Source: Octopus bimaculoides
Lineage: Eukaryota
DNA length: 63,342 nucleotides
Assembly (NCBI RefSeq): GCF_001194135.2
Contig: NC_068984.1
Location: 27,272,588-27,335,929 of the forward strand
Direction of reading: 5' to 3'
Part shown: one piece after another, positions 1 through 11,906 of the stretch
Layout: every line of letters starts with the position of its first letter
Position numbering within the stretch: position 1 is the first letter of the stretch
The notes under the pieces: generated by a model
What the model saw: the letters and a program-made list of their open reading frames with translations, nothing else
Databases searched by the model: none
Told to the model about the DNA's origin: nothing
Made by a program: the position numbers and the translations under genes

Positions 1-696
1 TATTTTTATATATTTTTCATTTTCTTGTGTATATTTTTTGTGTGAAAATATTTTTGCTATTTAAGTAACCAGTTAAACATACATTTTTCAGTTTGAATAC
101 AGCTATTTGAAGCTCAAAACTCACATCAGAGTCACTCCTTGTAAACATTATTATTAAAGCTAGCAGAAAGGCTGCCCTGCGGATGGTTTTCTGCTAGCCA
201 CATGAGAGTTTCACATTTGATTCCCAATTCTAATAATTTTTATATTTTATGTCTAATTATTTCTTTGTATAATTGTGCTTAGTTGCTTAGTAAATATTGC
301 TTTCATCATTTTATCACAGTCATAATCTCTCTTGTATCCCTTAATTTGCCATTTCTATATATGGACACCAAAAAAGGAAACATCCAGAGATAGGTTGTGA
401 CACACCGAGTGTTACACCTAAACCAGTTGTACAGTATCCTATCCATGAGGGATCAATGCTAGATGGTTTGAAATGATCGTAGTGATCAATAAAGATTCTC
501 GTATCCTCCATCTTACGTCTCTCTCAATCATTAGATACCCAACAAACACTAACCCAGTGAACGTGCTTTACAGGCAAACTACCAGGTGTATACCATGTGA
601 TTTATTAAATATTAACTTTATATGTGTATGTGTGTGTGTGATTGATGGGCATTTTTGTATGTAACCATCAATGAGTATATATGTATGGGTACCTAT

Positions 697-1190
697 GTGA
701 AGGCTCGTGGCTTAGTGGTTAGGGCATTCGACTCATGATTGTAAGGTCGTGAGTTCAATTCCAGCAACACGTTTTGTCCTTAAGCAAGACACTTTATTTC
801 CCTTTGCTCCAGTCAACTCAGCTGGCAAAAATGAGTTGTACATGTATTTNNNNNNNNNNNNNNNNNNNNNNNNNNNNNNNNNNNNNNNNNNNNNNNNNNN
901 NNNNNNNNNNNNNNNNNNNNNNNNNNNNNNNNNNNNNNNNNNNNNNNNNNNNNNNNNNNNNNNNNNNNNNNNNNNNNNNNNNNNNNNNNNNNNNNNNNNN
1001 NNNNNNNNNNNNNNNNNNNNNNNNNNNNNNNNNNNNNNNNNNNNNNNNNNNNNNNNNNNNNNNNNNNNNNNNNNNNNNNNNNNNNNNNNNNNNNNNNNNN
1101 NNNNNNNNNNNNNNNNNNNNNNNNNNNNNNNNNNNNNGTTCCGTTGATTGTATCAGCTGGGACCCTCGTCGTCATAACCGATGGAGTGCT
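697..1190 (+). mobile_element. tRNA-derived SINE (V-domain-like centre), interrupted by assembly gap
   Basis: Pol III A box (TGGCTTAGTGG) and B box (GAGTTCAATTCC) in a tRNA-like head, then TGTCCTTAAGCAAGACACTTTATTTCCCTTTGCTCCAGTCAACTCAGCTGG central domain; similar to copy at 51965. Superfamily label from memory. Confidence 0.75.
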
Positions 1191-2011
1191 TCTATACCTA
1201 TGTGTGTAATATGTATGCATGCACGTACATATATGTGCATGTATGTGCTTGTGTTGTGTGTGCATGCATGTGCAATTGTATATATTTATGTATAAATACA
1301 AGCACAATATATTAGAACCTGTGGGTGTTTCTGTGTATAGACATGTATTTATGAACAGTCTTGTATACGTGTGCACCTGGTACCCAAGTGTGAGTGTGTG
1401 TGCATATGCATGTGCATGTGTGTGTGTATAGATGTATATATGTGTGTGGTTGTATGATATATATTTATATATTTATGTGCATGTGGATGCAAGTCTGTAT
1501 GTGTGTCTGTGCATGTCAATGTGTGTATTTGTGTGCATGTGTATTATGAATATTATAAGCATCCAGCCACATACAATACACCCCATCGAACAAAGCCCCA
1601 TGCTAAGCATATTTCATTCAGCCATTTAGTCATGCAAATATATATAGAATGGAACAAATATGTGCCCAGAGCCCAAAGATTGCTTGGAGATACAAGTCAA
1701 TTATACCTTTCCACCTTTAAATTTCTCTGCTTCATGATCTGAAATGTTGGATTTTTTTCTACTCAGATGGCAGAGGCTCAATTTATCCAATATTTGTTTG
1801 CTTCCATTACAGCCTGCAAATTGTGGTGAACTACATCTACTAACTTTATGATGGATCTCTGAGACCTCAGANNNNNNNNNNATCAATGGAATATGTTTAC
1901 ACCACTAATTTCGAGTCCTGTTAGTTTTGCCTGATGATTGCACTGGTGTGAATCTCGAGCTGTGAAACAAATTCTCAGCTTCAGTTTTAATGAGAAGTTA
2001 TACATACACAA

Positions 2012-2065
<54 letters not shown>

Positions 2066-3054
2066 ATACACAAACACAAAAACATGTCTGTATACAAACA
2101 CTCACCTATACACACATAATATACATAAAGTGGGAGAGAAAAAGAGACTGAGTGAAAGAGTGAGGGAACTGTTTGATACTAACACCATTATTTCACTTTG
2201 GTGATTTACAACAAGTAATTATAATTATAATTAAGTAAGCAAATAATTATTTTATACATAGGCACAAAGCATCAGTTTAGTTCCTGCTCATAACCATTTC
2301 ATTTCTCTTGCACTATTAATGTCCATGACCTCACTTAAGCATCAGATCATCATACAATTCCATTTCCCACCTTTACAAATTAAATTTCTGCTATCTCTGC
2401 ACAAATAATTATTTGCTTATGAAATCATAATCACTTGTTTAAATTATCTAGAATGGATTGTTTTAGTCCTAATGAGAAATTAACACATTGCATTATTTGC
2501 ATGTATGAACAAATACACGGATTGAGAGACATATGCTGTAATTCTGTATTTAAACGTCTCTGAACTGCCTTCTTTGTGGAGGTTAGAATTTCCTTCTTTG
2601 GTTGGGTACAAATATAATTTTGTTGTTAAGAAGTTTATTTCTTGGACTTATGAATAGAATTTGATAGCCAAAAACTGAGCAGTGAGTTTGTCACTCCCTC
2701 CCACTACACATTAATACACTTATGTGCACATGTATGTATATGTAAATGTGTGTTTATGGGTATATATAAAGTTAAAAAAACATATAATAAATATAAAATC
2801 AAACAGGAAACAGACACTGAAGGTTACCTAATCCTCATCAGTTACCAGCCTGAGGGTCAAATGCAATTTCGCATCTTCATTTAGTTTACTGTTCCACTAA
2901 GGTAAGATCAACAATAAAGTACTTCATACAGTGAAAGATAAATATCATTTAATATAGACAGTATAAAGTATATTAATGAGCAATTAATAGTTTCTTGCTT
3001 TAGAGACAAAGATGTATGTAGGTTTTTATAACTGTTCTGTATGTTAGAGATGAA

Positions 3055-3430
3055 GAATTCTGTACATTATTTACATCATTTACATTGGATGGATATGTGT
3101 CCTCATCTTGTTTGTTGTTACCACAACGTTTCAGCTGATCTACTCTCCAGCTTTCATCAGGTGTCCTGGTAGAATGTTGAACCCAACCCTGGATTCTCAT
3201 TCCTACACCCATGTAGTGGTTAAGAGTATGGTGCAATCCCATGGTCATTCATCCCCAAAGGGGGTCTTAAATAATGTACTTAAGTTGATTTAAATGATGA
3301 GATCATCCTCACAATTGAATGGCCTTGTATCCATGTAAGGGATCATCATTTAAGAGTAAATAGAGAAGCATCTGTCTTTTTTCACTTTGGTGACACTTGA
3401 ACTTCTGTAGTTGATGTGTGTGTAGTAACA
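3055..3430 (-). mobile_element. Penelope-like element terminal (pLTR-type) remnant
   Basis: Contains a hammerhead motif (3120-3166) of the minimal type typical of Penelope-like elements; adjacent sequence is weakly reminiscent of a degraded GIY-YIG C-terminus. Boundaries approximate. Confidence 0.5.
3120..3166 (-). ncRNA. Minimal type I hammerhead ribozyme motif
   Basis: Minus strand reads GGACAC-CTGATGA-A-AGCTG-(10 nt)-CAGCT-GAAAC-GTT-GTGGT: canonical core, 5-bp stem II, palindromic ACGT stem III, partial stem I (GACAC/GTGGT). Confidence 0.65.
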
Positions 3431-4949
3431 ACACAATTAGGGGTGACTTAGTGCAGGATACTTACATCAGTCCCTGAAATATTAGAAATAGCAGCCAAAT
3501 ATCCTTTAACTCATACTCCATCATTTTTAAAATAAAAAGGAAGAACATATTGGATGTTGCTGTGCGAGATGAACCATGTCTGAAAAGATGTTAAGATGGC
3601 AGACAGATGATCAAACACATTGGATGCGTTTGATTACCAATGTGGTTGATCAGCACTAATTTGTGCCTAAAAAAAAATAATCAGAGAGAGTGTTCCAGTT
3701 AGTTGTAGAGTAATATTGGAGAAGAATAATTAGAGAGAGTTTTGTGCAATGTCTGGAGCAGTGAGACACAGTATGGACAACAAAAAGCAGAGAAGAGAAT
3801 GCTTCCTGATATCATATAGAAGACTTTCATCTTCATATAGTGTTGTGGGGAAAAATTAGCTGAGCAGTTTCTTGTTTCTCCAAACTATTAACTACAAATT
3901 TATAAACAAGAAGACTGTGAAATATTCTGCCATTGATGATTTTCTCATGAACATTAGTGATGTGAGTAAAGTAAAATAGAGATAACTAAGAAATGAAATC
4001 AGTTATGAATATGGCTTGTAATGAACACATACATATATACACCCAGGTGCTCACCTAGCAACATACATAATATCGATTTCTTTCACAAGTGTTATTTGCC
4101 CAGCTAGAAGTTGTGGTGTGATTATCAGAAAAACTACAACCAAAGAAAGAATTAACCATAAACTATATAGAGCAAGAGACAGAGTGGGGTGAGTGGAGAT
4201 TGTGACGATGGAACATCATAGAAATTTTTAACAACTTTTATTAAGACACCCCAATCAAATGTAATCTTAGATCAATTAATTAATCATGATTTATTTGGTC
4301 TTTCTAATATAAACACTAAATAATTGGTTGAAGAAATCAATAAAAAGCCAGTTGATTTCATGAACTTTGGGTGTTTATGATTAAAGAGAAAGTCAAACTA
4401 CCTTGCAATATCTCACATCACCAAGATTATTACACAATTATTTTCTGTCCATAAGAAGCCTGCAAGTCATTGCATTAGATTATAACAATTAAACTTCAAA
4501 TGGGTTTCAGAGAAATGATATCCTACATTGACACTAATGTTAAAGAATGGCTTCTTTATTCAATAATGCTAATATAAATAATAATAGTAAATAATGGTGA
4601 TGATAACGATGATGATGATGATGATAAGTTGTACAGTTGTACTATTAGTAGTTGTAGTAGTAATAATTGTAGAAGTAGTAGTAGATAAAGAAAGAGTCTG
4701 CTACTACTACTACTACTGCTGTTGCTACTGCTGCTTTGCTATTGCTGCTGCTGCTGCTGCTGCAGCTACTACTACTACTACTACTACTACATGCCTGCTA
4801 ATTTGCTTTTACCAACCTCTGTGAGATGAAAGGCAAAGTTAACCTTCATGGAATTTGAATTGCATAAACAGTCCAAAGAATTATTGCCGGCATTTTGTCT
4901 ATAAAGCTCTAATGACTATGCCAATTCATAGCCTTAATAATAATAATCG

Positions 4950-5160
4950 TTTCTATTATAGGCACAAAGCCTGAAATTCTGGGGGAGGGGGCCAGTCGAT
5001 TAGATCAACCCCAGTACACAACTGGTAGTTAACTTATCGACCCCTGAAAGGATAAAAAGCAGAGTTGACCTCGGTGGAATTTGAACTCAGAATGTACAAA
5101 GGAACTAAATTCCACTAAGCATTTTGCCCATCATGCTAACAATTCTGCCAGCTCACCGCC
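4950..5160 (-). mobile_element. tRNA-derived SINE, Meta-domain-like family, tail type A
   Basis: Reverse complement gives GGCGGTGAGCTGGCAGAATTGTTAGC head, GAGTTCAAATTCC B box and CTTTTATCCTTTCAGGGGTCGATAAGTTAACTACCAG core; many copies in window. Confidence 0.8.
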
Positions 5161-5193
5161 TTAATAATAATTATAATAATAACAACAATAATG

Positions 5194-5350
5194 TTTTCTA
5201 CTATAGGCACAAGGCCAGCAATTTGAGAGGAGGAGGCTAGTTGACTATATTGATCCCAGTGTTCAACTGGTGCTTATTTTATCAATCCCAAATGGATGTA
5301 TGGTAAAGTGAAGCACAGTGGAATTGTGCTAATGATTCTACCAGCTCACT
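5194..5350 (-). mobile_element. Degenerate copy of same SINE family
   Basis: TTTTCTACTATAGGCACAAGGCC...CCCAGTGTTCAACTGG similarity to 4950-5160, with internal deletion. Confidence 0.65.
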
Positions 5351-5374
5351 ATTTTAATAATAAGAACAAGAAAG

Positions 5375-5619
5375 CATCTTTGAAGTCAGGCCTTTTGAGA
5401 TTACTCCATGAAACATGGCAAGAAATTCCACAAGAGAATATTCATCATCTGATCAGTAACATGCCTAATAGAGTCCTTGTATTGAAAAATGCATAGGGCA
5501 TGTCTACTAAATATTGAATATTCCCATTATAACAATTGATAAATAACTCGAATGTATAATTTCAGATTTAAATAAATTTTAATGATTATAGGGGTGTCTA
5601 TTTACTTCTGTCATGTCTG
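5375..5619 (+). mobile_element. Tc1-family transposon 3' remnant (transposase C-terminus and right end)
   Basis: Translates LLHETWQEIPQENIHHLISNMPNRVLVLKNA*GMSTKY*, the W..IP...I..LI.SMP.R...V...KG..TKY C-terminal signature of Tc1 transposases, followed by a GGGGTGTCTATTTACTTCTGTC terminal-like sequence. Confidence 0.7.
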
Positions 5620-5659
5620 TGCACATGCACATGCACATGCACACACACACACACATAGT

Positions 5660-5814
5660 ATCTTCCAGTTTCTGTTTACCAAATGCAGTCACAAAGCTTT
5701 GTCGGCCTGGGGTTATAGTTAGACAACACTTGCTCAAGGTGCTAGCAACTGGAACTGAATCCAGTACCATGTGATTGGGAAGTAAACTTCTCATCACACA
5801 ACTTCATTTGCACC

Positions 5815-5817
<3 letters not shown>
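5660..5817 (-). mobile_element. tRNA-derived SINE (CORE-like family) 5' fragment
   Basis: Reverse complement resembles 63145-63342 and 35839-36230 (CACCTTGAGCAAGTGTTGTCTAACTATAACCCCAGGCCGACAAAGCTTTGTGA). Confidence 0.65.
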
Positions 5818-5856
<39 letters not shown>

Positions 5857-5857
<1 letters not shown>

Positions 5858-6104
5858 CACCTTTTGAGCGTGATCGTTACCAGCGTTGCCTTCCTGGCAC
5901 TTGTGCCGGTGGCANNNNNNNNNNACGTAAAAGCACCCACTACACTCTCAGAGGGGTTGGCGTTAGGAAGGGCATCCAGCTGTAGAAACTCTGCCAAATC
6001 GGATTGGAGCCTGGTGTAGCCATCTGGTTCACCAGTCAAATCGTCCAACCTATGCTAACATGGAAAGCAGATGCTAAAAGATGATGATGATGGTGATGAT
6101 AATG
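5857..6104 (+). mobile_element. RTE LINE 3'-UTR fragment / RTE-tail SINE
   Basis: Matches the 3' UTR of the RTE copy at 45069-45783 (GGCACGTAAAAGCACCCACTACACTCTC...GTCCAACCTATGCTAACATGGAAAGC) and ends in a (GAT)n tail; flanked by (TA)n on both sides. Confidence 0.8.
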
Positions 6105-6605
6105 AGATATATATACACGCATACACAGTATCTGAAATAATGGTTTGCATTTTTATTCCTAATGTGTTCCAGCAGATTCAAATGCAAAATATGCTACTCA
6201 CTGTTATGTATGTCACTGGAGAATGACTTCCCCCTTATTTGGTGACTGTGTTTTCACAGCACACATTGGCTTATTTGTGCAAGGGATTATGGGACATCAG
6301 TGTTTCAATATTTATTTCATCAGCCAGCAATACCTGAATCTTTAAGGTCAAACAAGCCGCTGGCTTTGTTTATAATTTTAGCAAACAAATTCGTTTGCTG
6401 ATCATTGCTTATATTTGTTAACCAATAAAAAACAAAAATCATTATTTCCACTGTTTACAAGATCCAAAAAGATGGTTTGTAATGGTTTATCATTTCTGGG
6501 TGAGAGAAAAATCAATCCCATCGAAATTTGAACTTAGAATTTAGCTAGAGGATGTTGATGACTACAAATGAATTATTCTGACTTCCAACCACCATCTTAC
6601 TACTA

Positions 6606-6850
6606 TCTCTATATCTATAAAACAGAGGATGTTTGTGTGTGTGTGTACGTGAATGTTATTTATGCACGTCCACAAATTAGCACGCATGTCGCTCCAATTT
6701 TAGGAGGAGATTCGGAATGACCTTATGTGCATTTTGGCCAATTTTTTTCTCTCAGAGGCACCCGCGTATAGCTGTAAAAATCGATAAACTTTTACGAATT
6801 TTGAAGTTCGTTGACATGGCGAAGTCAAATCTGTGCGTACGCGCGTGAAG

Positions 6851-6882
<32 letters not shown>

Positions 6883-7960
6883 GAAAGAAAAAAAGAAATA
6901 GTGTGTTTACTAGCGTCTAAATAAAAGACCAANNNNNNNNNNNNNNNNNNNNNNNNNNNNNNNNNNNNNNNNNNNNNNNNNNNNNNNNNNNNNNNNNNNN
7001 NNNNNNNNNNNNNNNNNNNNNNNNNNNNNNNNNNNNNNNNNNNNNNNNNNNNNNNNNNNNNNNNNNNNNNNNNNNNNNNNNNNNNNNNNNNNNNNNNNNN
7101 NNNNNNNNNNNNNNNNNNNNNNNNNNNNNNNNNNNNNNNNNNNNNNNNNNNNNNNNNNNNNNNNNNNNNNNNNNNNNNNNNNNNNNNNNNNNNNNNNNNN
7201 NNNNNNNNNNNNNNNNNNNNNNNNNNNNNNNNNNNNNNNNNNNNNNNNNNNNNNNNNNNNNNNNNNNNNNNNNNNNNNNNNNNNNNNNNNNNNNNNNNNN
7301 NNNNNNNNNNNNNNNNNNNNNNNNNNNNNNNNNNNNNNNNNNNNNNNNNNNNNNNNNNNNNNNNNNNNNNNNNNNNNNNNNNNNNNNNNNNNNNNNNNNN
7401 NNNNNNNNNNNNNNNNNNNNNNNNNNNNNNNNNNNNNNNNNNNNNNNNNNNNNNNNNNNNNNNNNNNNNNNNNNNNNNNNNNNNNNNNNNNNNNNNNNNN
7501 NNNNNNNNNNNNNNNNNNNNNNNNNNNNNNNNNNNNNNNNNNNNNNNNNNNNNNNNNNNNNNNNNNNNNNNNNNNNNNNNNNNNNNNNNNNNNNNNNNNN
7601 NNNTTAGGGTTAGAGTTAACCTAGAAGGGACAGGCCCCTTATTTTTTTGTTAAGGCTGTTGGTAAGTTTTCCTAAGTTACTCCAATTCACATCCCCAATG
7701 CAAACCTTCAGATCAACCTTTTCCTACGCAGATCTCTAATGCAACTTTTAAAAAAACAGTCAATGAGTGGAAATAACCAATAAACTGATTCCTTATGGGA
7801 TTTCCCAATTAAATTGCCAGCAAACCATTTTCAGCCAAACCAATTTCAACGGATTTCGCTTAAATCTGATGTCCATGTTACTTATTTTGGTTTGAAATAA
7901 AGCACTTGATCACTTAATAATCCTAGCTTAATCCCGAGCAGCGCCGGGCTATACTGCTAG
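6606..7960 (+). mobile_element. Non-autonomous Helitron (centre in gap)
   Basis: Starts A|TCTCTATATCTATAAAA, ends with subterminal hairpin CCCGAGCAGCGCCGGG (7933-7948) and CTAG|T; inserted between A and T with no TSD; internal (GT)n and (GA)n. That both ends belong to one element is assumed across the 6932-7603 gap. Confidence 0.75.
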
Positions 7961-8183
7961 TATATATATATATAACAAGGAAACTAGCTCGTTCAGAAAA
8001 TCTCTAAATGACAAAAGCAGTATCTATACTGAGTGTACTGCTTCCCTTTTTCAAAGCACCAACACTAGTAAGGTGACTTTGCAACTGTTAAGAGACTAAA
8101 GCACATCCACAGATCAAAGATGTATAGGAAAGAGAAAGAGAGAGAGGGAGAGAGAGAGAGAGATAGAGAGAGAGAGAAGGAGG

Positions 8184-8214
<31 letters not shown>

Positions 8215-8895
8215 GCAGTGTATACAGGCATGGGAGAATCCTTACTGTTTAAGAGCGGTGTAGGGGTTTGTGGAGTATCAGAGAAGGAGAGATGAGAGAA
8301 AGGAGAGATGGGAGACAGTGAAGAAGCTGGGGGCAAAAACAGTGAGAAAAAGAAAGGCAGAAGGGCAAACATTAGGGAACCTTTTGGTGAATGTAGTAAG
8401 AGCAATAAGAAATTAGCAACAATAAAGATGCTGGAGGAGAACCTAGATTTACAGCCGCAAAAATATAGCTGCTATCACTGTCTCTCTTCCATTACTCTCA
8501 CTTATACACTCTCATCTTAATCCTCCTATGTCTCCAAACACACTCTCACTTCCTTTACTCATTGCCCTGATCTATTTGTTAATACACACTCTCTATTTCT
8601 TTAATTCATCGTTTTGGTTATACTATGCTGAATGAATGGAAGAGCCATAAAGCATTGTGAACTCTTTGACATTACTGAGTGAGATGTAACCTCACTAGAG
8701 CTTAGACTATGATGAAATATTCTTGGTAAAGTCTGTAAAGAGGTTATCAAATGCATAACAACAACACAGAGTCTGGTTAAGGATATGGAATTTGTTTCAG
8801 TTGCTGGTGTCAATAAAATGTACCAAGTACACTTTGTAAAGGGATTGGTATTAGAAAGGAAACCTAGCCACACATACCAAGCCAAATGAAAAGTA

Positions 8896-9119
8896 TGAGT
8901 GAAATGTGGTCTTCCAATTGATTTGAGTGAAATGTGGTCTTCCAATTGATTTGAGTGAAATGTGGTCTTCCAATTGATTTGAGTGAAATGTGGTCTTCCA
9001 ACTGATTTGAGTGAAATGTAGTCTTCCAACTGATTTGAGTGAAATGTGGTCTTCCAACTGATTTGAGTGAAATGTGGTCTTCCAACTGATTTGAGTGAAA
9101 TGTGGTCTTCCAACTGATA
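8896..9119. repeat. 28-bp minisatellite, 8 units
   Basis: Unit TGAGTGAAATGTGGTCTTCCAA(T/C)TGATT repeated head-to-tail 8 times with no spacers. Confidence 0.95.
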
Positions 9120-10127
9120 ACTCCCAATAACAACTGATGTTATCTTTAAAGTGGACATTAGAAGGAATATTGTGTGAAGAATAACACAAGACTATAATAA
9201 CAGATTTCTAAATACAACAGATATAAATATGGAGGAAGACAGAAGTAGAGCAGTGGCAAGAACATGTTTGTGAAGAATTATTCAGTAAATGGGAAAATGA
9301 TTAAGAAAGTGAAATTTATATGAAATAATTTTACATTAAGGAGTGAAATGTATAATTTCCTTAATTGAGACCGACTCATGGTCCCAGCAGACAAAATGGT
9401 AAAGGTATTGTGTTGGAGGATGGTAAGGAAGATGTGCTGGAACTGCTGCTCTGACTTATTGGGCCCACGTTTGATTTAAACTGTGATTAGCTGTTTAACC
9501 CATTTGAGTATGGAAAATAAGTTTAAAATGATAATGGTGGTTATGCTAAAAATGATATGATTATGATGATGGTAATGGTGATATATCTTAAAGAATACAT
9601 GAAATAGACTTCAAAAGAGAACTTTAGTGTACTCATATGAATGACAAAAAAGATAATAAGAAAAAGTAGGCTATAAATTTAAACTGATATTAAAGACTAA
9701 GTCTAATATAAGCTATAAGATGATAAATGTAAACACACTGACTCACCTAGTCATATATTACAGAGTTATTATTAAAAATTGAAGGCAAAATCAAATTAAA
9801 AATACTAGCCATTGAAAGGAAAACCAGAAAGTTACTCACAGTATTCTGAATTTACTGTTATCTAAATAGAGAGAACTGACAGCCTTGAAAAGAATTTCTT
9901 ATACAACACAAAGTTCTATCCAATTTCTTTTTATATAGGCAGCAAATTTGAACAACTCCTTATGTACAATAATACTAACTCTTGTCAAACATTGCCAGAA
10001 TGATAATTTTCCCGAATGCATTAAATGTTGTTTACTAATTCACATGCCCACATTACATTTAAAAGCACTCAAAAGACATCTATCTATACACCTGCAAGGA
10101 AGGGGAAAACATGATTTCATGTCCAAC

Positions 10128-10480
10128 ACCCAATCTTTCTGCTGTTTTCATGGCTATACAACATTCAAAATATTAGCTTCTTGTATCTACAATATGATAC
10201 ATATTCAACACTTCTAAAAACAAAATAAAACGTTAGTTTGCAGTTGTTGTTGCATTCCCAAAAGTGATGTATTTAGTGCTTAAATTTGATAGCGATTGTT
10301 GTCAGGGGGGGGGGGCAGTCTATCTGTCGCTCTCTGGTGAAAACTTTTTCCCCATCTTATAAGGGTAATAATACCCAATCTTTCTACTGTTTTCATGGCT
10401 ATACTGCATTCAAAATATTACCTTCTTGTCTGTACAATACAATACACATTTGACACTTCTAAAAATAAAAATAAAGCGTT
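10128..10480. repeat. ~105-bp direct duplication separated by ~140 bp
   Basis: ACCCAATCTTTCT(G/A)CTGTTTTCATGGCTATAC...CACTTCTAAAAA...CGTT at 10128-10234 and 10373-10480. Confidence 0.85.
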
Positions 10481-11392
10481 TGTTTACAAATGGCAGCACA
10501 CTTGTCATGAAAACATTGAGGTGTAGGCTCAAGTTCCATGCATAAAGAAAACCCACTTTTTTCTGTTGTGGGCTTTTGTGCTCCAATGATAGGCTATTTT
10601 CTTTAGTCAATACACAGCAATCGTTTATAAGTTTTAAGCTTTCAGAGGAGATGTCTCCTAAGACTGCACATCCAATACTACCTATGTATTCATTTTTACA
10701 TGAATTTAAGAATCAATACTTTAAACAAAATACAGCTTCAAAAGAAATTATATATTTCATGGATCTCTATAAAATTTCCATGGGTACTGCTTGTTATCTC
10801 CAAACTTTTTAGCTCAAAACTGACACAAAATTATGATACAAAATTATGACACAAAAATATCTCACTAATTTTGAAAAAGCTTCTCTCTATAGCATCCAGC
10901 AATTGATGTTCTCTCTTGTTTTATAATAGGTGTACATATATGAGAAGAAGCGTATTACATAATATAACTTAAAATGAGCTATCCATAGCAACCAAATTTA
11001 AGAGACAATGTATGCATAGAATTTATAATTTCCAGTTTATCCATTACTAAATCATAAATCTTTTATACATATAATTTTCTTGTAAATGTTTAGAAATGAA
11101 ATAATATTGAACTTTTTTTTTTACTGCAAAGCAAGAAATATATCTTATGAGCAAAACTCATGTTAACCAGTATATCGTCATATTACGAATGTAATATGGA
11201 GCAAGCAAAATTCATTTATACATACGTATACACACTCCAGTGTGTATATACACATTAATACAAACAGGATGCAAGAGAAAAAATAGTAAAGGATAAACAT
11301 AACTCATAATTAATGTATATGCGGGTGTGTTATGTGTGTTTTATATAATATTTCTACATTTGTGTCTAAAACTATCTATCAATATGCCCATC

Positions 11393-11439
<47 letters not shown>

Positions 11440-11871
11440 ATGGCTAGTTAGATAGCTATTTATACACGCACTCACATACACACCTACACATGTATATATG
11501 CACATATGCACACACACACACACACGCAGACGCATATATAAAACAAGGGAGTAAACAAAAAAGGGCAAGTTAGATTTAAGATAATTAAAACAAGTAACCA
11601 ATAAGATTAAGTTGATAGGCTAACCTCTTCATAAATTACTACAACTGCTATTACACACACACATACATGTATGCATACTCATACATACATACATAAACAT
11701 GTAGTCATACACATGCATGCGTACACAAACACACATACTTGAACATATACCCATACATGTGCATACATTATCAACATATGTATGTGAGTATATATGCAAT
11801 AAGAAGATCTCCTGCACACAGGGTTCATATACACACACACCTAGTTGTATACGTATATTTGAGTGTGAATG

Positions 11872-11906
<35 letters not shown>

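Noticed and set aside
697-770. tRNA genes (also 15540-15614, 51965-52040, 63145-63210)
   Set aside because: Only A/B boxes with imperfect cloverleaves, each continuing into SINE body sequence; these are SINE heads.
6196-6345. Minus-strand exon bounded by CAG and GTGAGT
   Set aside because: Stops in all frames.
8896-9119. Possible CRISPR array or repeat protein (ORFs 8601-9189)
   Set aside because: Units are contiguous with no unique spacers, there are no cas genes, the context is eukaryotic, and all three minus frames are open simply because the 28-bp unit lacks stops.
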